Assembly (NCBI GenBank): GCA_964529275.1
Contig: CAZGVS010000002.1
Coordinates: forward strand, 4,064-68,063
Length of the DNA: 64,000 bases
From: an uncultured Candidatus Pelagibacter sp.
GTDB taxonomy: Bacteria > Pseudomonadota > Alphaproteobacteria > Pelagibacterales > Pelagibacteraceae
Direction of reading: 5' to 3'
This document shows positions 52,907-60,223 of this stretch, piece by piece. Made by a program: the position numbers and the translations under genes. Below the pieces are notes generated by a model that was given only the letters and a program-made list of their open reading frames with translations, did no database searches and was not told where the DNA came from. Each line of letters starts with the position of its first letter. Position 1 is the stretch's first letter.

Positions 52907-53926
52907 ATGCAGAAAGTAAACGTACTAATTGCAGGTTCAACTGGATATATTGGTATACAATTAATTAAAATATTAATTAAACACAAATATATTAATATAA
53001 AATATTTATGTGGAAATACTTCGGTTGGGAAAAAAATTTCTTTTTTTGATAAAGAACTAAAAAATAAAAAGTTACCAAAAATAACCAAATTTAATAAAAA
53101 CTTTCTTAAGAAAGTTTCGATAGTTTTTACTGCATTACCGAATGGTGAAGCGCAAAAGATCTCAAAATTAATAAATGATAAAAATATACTAATTGACTTG
53201 GCAGCTGATTTTAGACTTAGTAAAGCTAGTGATTATTATAAATGGTATAATATCAAACATAAAGCAGTAAAAAACATAAAAAAAAGTATTTATTCAATTC
53301 CTGAACTAGTTGGAAATAAAATAAAAAATTACAAAATTATATCTTGTCCAGGCTGTTATCCCACATCAATATTAATACCCTTGATACCATTAATAAAAAA
53401 AAAATTCATTAATACTAAAAATATAATTATAGATTCTAAATCAGGGTATTCCGGAGCGGGTAGAGGTGTTCATAATAAATATAAAAATAAAAATTTATAT
53501 GAATCATTAAAAGCTTATGGAATTTTTAATCACCGTCATAATTCTGAGATAAAACAGGAATTAGTTAGACAGACTGGAAAAAAAGTTGATTTTATCTTTA
53601 CTCCTCATTTATCACCAATGTTTAGAGGTATATTGTCGACTATTTACGTTGATTTAAAAAATAATGTTAGTGCAGAAAAAATACAGAAATGTTTAATAAA
53701 TTTCTATAAAACAAAAAAATTTGTTAAAATTGCAAATATTAACGAATTAATTAGTACTAACGATGTAATAAATACAAATTATTGTAAAATATCGATTCAT
53801 AAAAGAATAAACAATAATAAGTTAATAATTTTATCAGTTATTGATAATTTAATAAAAGGTGGTTCCGGACAAGCGGTACAAAATATGAATTTAAAATTCG
53901 GTTTTCCTGAAAATCTCGGATTATAA
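52907..53926 (+). CDS. argC: N-acetyl-gamma-glutamyl-phosphate reductase
   Basis: GSTGYIG, DLAADFRL, PGCYPT, SGYSGAG, DNLIKG..GQAVQNMN. Confidence 0.97.
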   Translation: MQKVNVLIAGSTGYIGIQLIKILIKHKYINIKYLCGNTSVGKKISFFDKELKNKKLPKITKFNKNFLKKVSIVFTALPNGEAQKISKLINDKNILIDLAADFRLSKASDYYKWYNIKHKAVKNIKKSIYSIPELVGNKIKNYKIISCPGCYPTSILIPLIPLIKKKFINTKNIIIDSKSGYSGAGRGVHNKYKNKNLYESLKAYGIFNHRHNSEIKQELVRQTGKKVDFIFTPHLSPMFRGILSTIYVDLKNNVSAEKIQKCLINFYKTKKFVKIANINELISTNDVINTNYCKISIHKRINNNKLIILSVIDNLIKGGSGQAVQNMNLKFGFPENLGL

Positions 53927-54111
53927 TGAAATTTGCTATATATTTTTTTATTATTTTGTTTTTAACTAGTTGCTCATCAAAATATGGCAAAAAGGTTTCT
54001 AATAAAGAAAAATTTATGATCAATATGGATGAGAATATAAATTTTGATGACTTTAATAAAAAATTGGACATTTATCTGGAGTCATCTAATTATCCGGATA
54101 TAAGTAACTAA
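53926..54111 (+). CDS. Small lipoprotein, unknown function
   Basis: Hydrophobic signal with LTSC lipobox; exactly fills the argC-hom gap. Confidence 0.7.
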   Translation: MKFAIYFFIILFLTSCSSKYGKKVSNKEKFMINMDENINFDDFNKKLDIYLESSNYPDISN

Positions 54112-55398
54112 ATGCCTCAAAATATTAAAATTGCAATAATAGGACTCGGTCAAATTGGTGGATATTTATATAATGAATTAAAAAAAAAAAGAAAAGATAT
54201 TAAATTAAAAACAGGAAAATTAATTAGTATTGTAGCAATTTCAGCTAAAAACATTAAAAAGAAAAGAAATTTTAAAATTAATAAGAAGATCTTTTTTAAA
54301 AATCCACTCAAAATTATTAATCTAAAACCAGATATTTTAATTGAAGCAATTGGTTTATCTGATGGGATTTCCAAAAAAATAGTTGAGGAGGCACTAAAAA
54401 ATAAAATTAATGTAATTACACCCAACAAAGCACTAATCGCTAAACATGGAGATTATCTTTCTACAATAGCTGAAAAAAATCATGTTAATCTTGAATTCGA
54501 AGCTTCGGTTGCAGGAGGGATACCAATTTTAAGAACAATAAAAGAAAGCCTTGCAACAAATAAGATTACTAAGGTTTATGGAATACTAAATGGTACATCA
54601 AACTATATTTTATCAGAAATGGAAAGAACCAAAGAAACATTTGCAAATGTGCTTAAAAAAGCGCAAACTCTTGGTTATGCTGAACCAGGTAATCCAAAAC
54701 CAGATTTAAATGGTGCAGATGCATATGCTAAGATAAAAATTCTATCATCTTTAGCATTTAATAACAAAATTTCAAAAAATAAGTCTTTAATGCAAGGAAT
54801 TGAAAATATCGAGTATACAGATATTGACATTGCATCTCAGATGAATTTTCGAATAAAACTACTTGGAATAACCGAACTTATAAACAATAAATTATTTGAA
54901 CGTATTCATCCATGTTTAGTAAAAAAAGATACGTATATAGGTAACGTTAATGGTGTAATGAATGCCGTTATAACCGATGGATTACCTGTGGGAAAAACTA
55001 TACTACAAGGTGAGGGAGCTGGACCGGGTCCCACATCCTCTGCATTAATGTCTGATTTATTATCCATACTAAGAGGTAATATTAAATATCCATTTGGTAT
55101 TTCTAATATTAAAAGGAAAATCCCAGTAAACTATAATTATAAGAATTATTTGAACTCATTATACTTGAGGCTTGAAGTTAAAGATAGACCGGGTGTTTTA
55201 TCTAATATTACAGAAAACTTGGCAAAAAAAAAAATATCCATACAAAGATTAATTCAAATACCTAATAATAAAAAAAAAACAGCTACTATTGTTATTATTA
55301 CGCATAAATCTAGAGAAATTGACGCTCAACAATGTTTAAATTTTTTTAAAAAAAACTCAAATATATTAAAAAATCCAACGCTTATCAGATTGTTGTAA
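54112..55398 (+). CDS. hom: Homoserine dehydrogenase with ACT domain
   Basis: GLGQIG, EASVAGGIP, GILNGTSNYIL, GEGAGPGPT, DRPGVL ACT. Confidence 0.96.
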   Translation: MPQNIKIAIIGLGQIGGYLYNELKKKRKDIKLKTGKLISIVAISAKNIKKKRNFKINKKIFFKNPLKIINLKPDILIEAIGLSDGISKKIVEEALKNKINVITPNKALIAKHGDYLSTIAEKNHVNLEFEASVAGGIPILRTIKESLATNKITKVYGILNGTSNYILSEMERTKETFANVLKKAQTLGYAEPGNPKPDLNGADAYAKIKILSSLAFNNKISKNKSLMQGIENIEYTDIDIASQMNFRIKLLGITELINNKLFERIHPCLVKKDTYIGNVNGVMNAVITDGLPVGKTILQGEGAGPGPTSSALMSDLLSILRGNIKYPFGISNIKRKIPVNYNYKNYLNSLYLRLEVKDRPGVLSNITENLAKKKISIQRLIQIPNNKKKTATIVIITHKSREIDAQQCLNFFKKNSNILKNPTLIRLL

Positions 55399-55399
55399 T

Positions 55400-56302
55400 A
55401 TGGAAATATATTACAAGTTATTTGAAGTTTTGTTCCCTGTTTTTTTTGTCGTTGGTATTGGTTATTATTTAGGGAAAAATAATAAAAAAATAGACACAAC
55501 TTTTATAACTAATTTTGCTGCCAATATTGGCACTCCAGCAATGGTCATTTACGCAGTTACATCTACTGGTATAAACTTTGATATTTTTAAAGATTATTTT
55601 TGGTATTATCTTCTCGCTATAATGTGTTTTTCCATTGTAGGATTAGTTAATTTATTTTTGATTAAAACTAGAGATATAGTTAGAGAGCTCCCACCTCTGA
55701 TATTTCCTAACACTGGAAATATGGGATTACCTATTTGTATGTTCGCCTATGGATCACAAGGTCTTGGTGTTTCAGCTTCGATAACCTCGTTAATTATTTT
55801 AATGCACTTTACTGTAGGTGTCTTTTTGGCAGACAGAAAATTTAATATAAACGTAATATTAAAAAATCCACCTTTTTATGCCATTATTTTTTCTGCATTA
55901 GTTTTGTACTATGAGATAAAAATGCCTGTTGTAGTAATTAACACAACTGAATGGTTAATGTATGTTACAATCTTTCTTATCTTAATGTCTCTAGGTATAG
56001 CGCTCACTAGACTTAAAATTTTTTCCTTAAATAAAGCTCTAATTTCATCTTTTACACGTATGTTTATAGGTCCATTAATTGGTTTTATTTTAATATGGTA
56101 TTTTGATTTAGAGGGATTTGCCGCTGGTGTATTATTAATACAATGTTCAATGCCGAGCGCCGTTTTAAATTATCTTGTTGGTTCAATATATTCACCTAAA
56201 AAAGTTGTTGATAGCGTTGCAAGCACAATAGTTGTGTCCACATTAATGTCTTTTGTGACTGTACCCATTGTTGTTTTTTTTGCGTTAAAATATTTTTCCT
56301 AA
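55400..56302 (+). CDS. AEC (auxin efflux carrier) family transporter
   Basis: About 10 TM segments, PNTGNMGLP, MPSAV, VVSTLMS. Confidence 0.88.
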   Translation: MEIYYKLFEVLFPVFFVVGIGYYLGKNNKKIDTTFITNFAANIGTPAMVIYAVTSTGINFDIFKDYFWYYLLAIMCFSIVGLVNLFLIKTRDIVRELPPLIFPNTGNMGLPICMFAYGSQGLGVSASITSLIILMHFTVGVFLADRKFNINVILKNPPFYAIIFSALVLYYEIKMPVVVINTTEWLMYVTIFLILMSLGIALTRLKIFSLNKALISSFTRMFIGPLIGFILIWYFDLEGFAAGVLLIQCSMPSAVLNYLVGSIYSPKKVVDSVASTIVVSTLMSFVTVPIVVFFALKYFS

Positions 56303-57154
56303 ATGAAGGCCATATGCTTTAATTTATTAGCATGGGTAATGTTACCAATAATGGATGGATTTGCTAAATATTTGAGCACCGATCTACCTGTATTACAAAT
56401 AACTTGGGCTAGATATTTTTTTACAGTTGTTTTTACATTGCCATTAATATTTTTTTTTTTTCGTAACAATCTTATTTGGACTGATAAACCAAAGTTACAG
56501 CTTCTTAGAGGAATAATATTATTAATTGCTAATATTTGTTTTTTTTATTCAATTTCTGTAATTTCATTAGCTAAAGCCTTAACTCTTGCCTTCATAGCAC
56601 CATTAATTGTTACCGCTTTTTCTCCAATTTTTTTAGGAGAGAAGGTTGGTATTAAAAGATGGTCAGCTGTAATTATTGGCTTTGTAGGATCTTTAGTTGT
56701 TATTAGACCTGGTTTTGTAGAGGTTAACTTTGCTAGTTTTTCAGCTCTTGGCACTGGTATAATGTACGGGTTCTATTTAATCATCACGCGTAAATTAAGT
56801 ACTTTTGATAATCCATTATTAACTTTGTTGTTAACTGGCTTAGTAGGGGTCGTCATCATAAGTTTTGTAATGCCTTTTGTATGGATTAAACCATCAATTA
56901 ATCAATGGTCAATTATGGCTGCCATTGGAATATTTGCTTCTATAGGTCATTTCTTTCTTATTTTATCGCTTAAATACGCAGATGCTTCTAAATTAGCTCC
57001 GTTTAGCTATTTTGAAATTATTACAAACATAACCATTGGCTATTATTTTTTTAATGATTTCCCTGATAGTTGGACGTTTTTGGGCTTATTAATTATTATT
57101 ATGAGCGGGGTATATATTTATAAAAGAGAACAAATAGTTCCAAAATCTATTTAA
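56303..57154 (+). CDS. DMT/EamA-family transporter
   Basis: Two EamA repeats, FLGEKVGIKRW, ASKLAPFSY. Confidence 0.9.
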   Translation: MKAICFNLLAWVMLPIMDGFAKYLSTDLPVLQITWARYFFTVVFTLPLIFFFFRNNLIWTDKPKLQLLRGIILLIANICFFYSISVISLAKALTLAFIAPLIVTAFSPIFLGEKVGIKRWSAVIIGFVGSLVVIRPGFVEVNFASFSALGTGIMYGFYLIITRKLSTFDNPLLTLLLTGLVGVVIISFVMPFVWIKPSINQWSIMAAIGIFASIGHFFLILSLKYADASKLAPFSYFEIITNITIGYYFFNDFPDSWTFLGLLIIIMSGVYIYKREQIVPKSI

Positions 57155-57250
57155 CCTAACCATTGGCAGTTTTGTTACAACAGTTAAAAAATCATTTTCT
57201 TTTATAAGTAAAAATTTGTTTACTAATTTATTAAGTATTACTTTAAGTTA

Positions 57251-57279
57251 TTGCTTTATACTACTGTAATTGTTATATT
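57251..57279 (+). promoter_or_regulatory. Orphan sigma70-like promoter in non-coding gap
   Basis: TTGCTT-17bp-TATATT with TGn extension; followed only by ATG-TTC-TAA. Confidence 0.4.
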
Positions 57280-57417
57280 ATTTATGTTCTAATATAATAT
57301 AGATTATTAAAATTAAATTATTAATTCAGTGATAAAAATCACTTAAATTATAAAAATTTATAATTCATCAATAAATTCGCCAAAATAGATTATATAAAAA
57401 TCAAATTAAGTAAAATA

Positions 57418-57425
57418 GGGAAGGG
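57418..57425 (+). other. KOPS-type octamer GGGAAGGG
   Basis: Exact match to GGGNAGGG in very AT-rich intergenic DNA, pointing toward the inverted repeat at 58387. Confidence 0.45.
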
Positions 57426-57633
57426 TAAAAGTATTGATAAAATTGAAAAGTAGAGAGTGATGCACTAAGCGAATATAGCTTTTAAAAGGCCATAGATAGG
57501 TCAATTTTTAGTTTAAGCGTATATATAGTACAACTAAGGGATGAAATACGCTAATTCTCTAAAATATAGCCTCAATAATCAAAAAACGTTGATTTCATTA
57601 GCTTATTTAAAATAAAAATACCTTGAAATAGAT

Positions 57634-57903
57634 CTATATAGTTACATTTTCAGATCTAAGCAATCTAAGCTTTTGCTTAATTCCACCTTTCCCTGAGTAG
57701 CCTCCAAGCCTCCCATCTGATCTTATCACCCGATGGCATGGTATTTTAGGAGCATATGGGTTTTTTGCACAAGCATTTGCTACAGCTCTGGCTGATTTTG
57801 GTCTCTTAATACCGATTGCTACCTGTTTATAGGTTTTAACACTACCTTTGGGAATTTTTTTTAAATAATTCCAAACTTTTTTTTGAAAAAATGTACCCTT
57901 CAT
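57634..57903 (-). CDS. ogt: Minimal O6-methylguanine-DNA methyltransferase (C-terminal domain only)
   Basis: FQKKVW..IPKG..TY..A, ARAVANA, PCHRV active site, GGY. Confidence 0.9.
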   Translation of the reverse strand: MKGTFFQKKVWNYLKKIPKGSVKTYKQVAIGIKRPKSARAVANACAKNPYAPKIPCHRVIRSDGRLGGYSGKGGIKQKLRLLRSENVTI

Positions 57904-57904
57904 C

Positions 57905-58090
57905 TAGAAAAACCCTGTTCCCTTGCACTTTTTAAGGTGCAAAGAACAGTAGTTTTGGCACGTCGTTGTATGCGCTACCGCCATGCCCACGCTTCGCGAT
58001 TTTAGCGCTACTCCGCGAAACTTTCTGCCCCCTAGGCTTGAACCTCTCGGTTTTTCCCTAATCGGCCAGTTAAGGGTTGCCCCTTAATTA
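57905..58090 (-). ncRNA. Structured non-coding RNA (~185 nt), possibly of the abundant marine SAR11 IMES-2/psRNA type
   Basis: About 51% GC by hand count over 57911-58090 in AT-rich DNA; five consecutive hairpins; GCAA and GAGA GNRA tetraloops on the minus strand; upstream TGnTAAATT extended -10; 3' hairpin plus U-tract. Family name is from recollection, not from a search. Confidence 0.8.
57907..57949 (-). terminator. Intrinsic terminator-like hairpin ending the RNA just upstream of ogt
   Basis: CUGUUC-UUUGCAC-loop-GUGCAAG-G-GAACAG followed by GGUUUUUC. Confidence 0.55.
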
Positions 58091-58177
58091 ATAATAATTT
58101 ATCAAACTTGTATTTTATTTACATCACTTTATCGTTGAAATTCTATATTTTTAACAGGTGTTAATAGTGGGGATAAT

Positions 58178-58342
58178 TTAATTCATCAGAAGAAATAACA
58201 ACACAAATATACTAATAAAGAATATTCCAAATATTATCATTAGAACTCTATTTTTCGATATTATCGAGAGTTTTGACCAGAAATACATTACAAAGAATAT
58301 TATTAATGGAATCCCTAAACCTAAAAGAATATATTTTGGCAT
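58178..58342 (-). CDS. Small two-TM membrane protein, 54 aa (not in ORF track)
   Basis: Translated by hand: MPKYILLGLGIPLIIFFVMYFWSKLSIISKNRVLMIIFGIFFISIFVLLFLLMN*; two hydrophobic helices joined by a basic loop. Confidence 0.65.
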   Translation of the reverse strand: MPKYILLGLGIPLIIFFVMYFWSKLSIISKNRVLMIIFGIFFISIFVLLFLLMN

Positions 58343-58386
58343 AGATGTATTTAACTTATTTGCTTGACAATATAAATGTGATATAT

Positions 58387-58423
58387 TATTAGTAATGATA
58401 ATTAATTGTTATCAATAGTAATA
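58387..58423. repeat. Inverted repeat, candidate tyrosine-recombinase (dif/lox-like) site
   Basis: TATTAGTAATGATAA-TTAATTG-TTATCAATAGTAATA: 15-bp arms matching 13/15, 7-bp asymmetric spacer, ends 1 bp before the recombinase ATG. Confidence 0.65.
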
Positions 58424-58424
58424 T

Positions 58425-59378
58425 ATGAATGAACTGACAACAGACCTAAAATCGCTCCATGAGGCAACTTTAAATAACCTCAAAAACTCTAAAGCTAACA
58501 ATACTTTGAGAGCATATAAATCAGATTTTAAAGATTTTGCAGCTTTTTGTAATAAGCATAGCTTAAATTCATTACCAACAGAACCAAAAATAATTTCTAT
58601 TTATCTAACCCATTTATCTAAAAATTCAAAAATAAGCACATTAAGAAGAAGATTAGTATCAATAAGTATGATCCACAAGATTAAAGGCATTTATTTAGAT
58701 ACAAAACATCCAATCATTGTTGAAAATTTAATGGGGATAAAAAGGGTAAAAGGAAGTATTCAAAAGGGTAAAAAACCATTATTAATCAATCATTTAAAAT
58801 CAATAATTAACCTAATAGATGAACTAAAAGTTGAAGAGATCAAAAAATTAAGAGACAAATCAATAATTTTACTGGGTTTTGGAGGAGGATTTAGACGAAA
58901 TGAGCTTATTTCAATAGATCATGAAGATCTAGAATTCGTTCCTGAAGGTCTAAAAATAGTCATTAGAAGATCAAAAACAGATCAATTTGGTGAAGGTATG
59001 GTTAAAGGTCTGCCCTACTTCACAAATGAAGTTTATTGTCCTGTTTTTAATTTAAAAAAATGGTTAGAAATTTCGAAAATTAAATCTGGACCTATATTTA
59101 GAAGATTTAATAAAGGATCCTCATTAACAAGTAAAAGACTAACAGACCAAACTGTGGTTATATTAATGAAAAAATATCTAAAATTAGCAGGTATTGAAAA
59201 TAAAGATTTTGCTGGTCATAGTTTAAGATCTGGATTTGCAACAGTTGCAGCAGAATCTGGTGCGGATGAAAGAAGTATAATGGCAATGACAGGACACAAA
59301 ACAACTCAAATGGTGAGAAGATATATAAAAGAAGCAAATATATTTAAAAATAATGCATTAAATAAAATAAAAATTTAA
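58425..59378 (+). CDS. Tyrosine recombinase, Cre-like subfamily
   Basis: NTLRAY core-binding domain; catalytic R (GFRRNEL), K (RSKTDQ), HSLR, GH, Y (VRRY) all intact; no arm-binding domain. Confidence 0.93.
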   Translation: MNELTTDLKSLHEATLNNLKNSKANNTLRAYKSDFKDFAAFCNKHSLNSLPTEPKIISIYLTHLSKNSKISTLRRRLVSISMIHKIKGIYLDTKHPIIVENLMGIKRVKGSIQKGKKPLLINHLKSIINLIDELKVEEIKKLRDKSIILLGFGGGFRRNELISIDHEDLEFVPEGLKIVIRRSKTDQFGEGMVKGLPYFTNEVYCPVFNLKKWLEISKIKSGPIFRRFNKGSSLTSKRLTDQTVVILMKKYLKLAGIENKDFAGHSLRSGFATVAAESGADERSIMAMTGHKTTQMVRRYIKEANIFKNNALNKIKI

Positions 59379-60223
59379 ATTAATTTTTTAGCATCAATTT
59401 TTCTAACATTATCAAGCTTTATCCAATTTTCAAAATCTTTATCTCCATTTCTCTTACTTTCATTTTCTATATAAAGACTATCAAGTTGGTTCTTTTGAAA
59501 TTTATTAAAATGGGTAAAATAAATTTCTTTTGTAATTAAGAATTTTCCAGATTTTTTTCCAAGATCACATATCCAATTATCAGACCACCAATGTTGAAAA
59601 TATTTTGAAGGGCTGTGATAACCAAGAACATTATACCAGGATTTATTAATTACAGGAAAATTAGAGTGAAAATAATTATATTTTACATCATCAGTACTCA
59701 ACCATAATGAAAATGGCTTATTCATATCAATTTTAGAAAATTCTTTACAAATTTTTTGGTTCCATTCGGCTAAACAGAAATTTAAATCATCATTTATCAA
59801 AAGTAAAATTTCAAATTTAGATTTTGAAGCTAAATAGTTTATTCTTTCACTATTTGTTTTAAAATTTTTATCATAAAAAAATATGTTAATATTTTCTTTA
59901 TATTTATCAATAGTTTTAATATACGAAGTTTTCTCCTCTTCATTTTCATCGAGTAATACTAAAACTTCTATTTTGTATTCACTATTTTTATTTTTAATTA
60001 AAGTTTCGATCATTCTGTTAAACTTTAATGAACGATTTTTAGTTGGTATTAAAACAGAAATACCATGATCAATTACGTTTTTTTTTTTGTAATTAAATTT
60101 AAAAGTAAAATATCGATATTTTATCTGAGTATAGATAAACCAATATAATCTTAAAAAACCTTTATTTAAATCCTTAGCTAGACTTTGAGCAAAGCTTCTA
60201 TTATGTTTTTTAATTTTTTTCAT
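59375..60223 (-). CDS. Glycosyltransferase family 2-like protein
   Basis: ISVLIPTKNR, INDD DxD-like motif, WWSDNW. Confidence 0.7.
   Translation of the reverse strand: MKKIKKHNRSFAQSLAKDLNKGFLRLYWFIYTQIKYRYFTFKFNYKKKNVIDHGISVLIPTKNRSLKFNRMIETLIKNKNSEYKIEVLVLLDENEEEKTSYIKTIDKYKENINIFFYDKNFKTNSERINYLASKSKFEILLLINDDLNFCLAEWNQKICKEFSKIDMNKPFSLWLSTDDVKYNYFHSNFPVINKSWYNVLGYHSPSKYFQHWWSDNWICDLGKKSGKFLITKEIYFTHFNKFQKNQLDSLYIENESKRNGDKDFENWIKLDNVRKIDAKKLI

Noticed and set aside
57265-57292. TTATGTT resembling the XerD arm of canonical dif
   Set aside because: No matching ATAA left arm at 6-bp spacing; expected by chance in AT-rich DNA
57905-58090. Considered as tmRNA, RNase P RNA, 6S, SRP or a SAM/glycine/cobalamin riboswitch
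   Set aside because: No tRNA-like acceptor/T-arm or tag frame, no GAGGAAAGUCC, no single long 6S duplex, no SRP or riboswitch core motifs recognised
57155-58176. AT-rich gap plus one DnaA-box-like motif as replication origin
   Set aside because: Only one imperfect box, no origin-associated genes (dnaA, hemE, parAB), and ribosomal operons point toward rather than away from it
58425-59378. Recombinase as prophage or integrative-element integrase
   Set aside because: No phage or conjugation genes, no adjacent tRNA or att duplication seen, no arm-binding domain; cannot be fully excluded beyond the window edge
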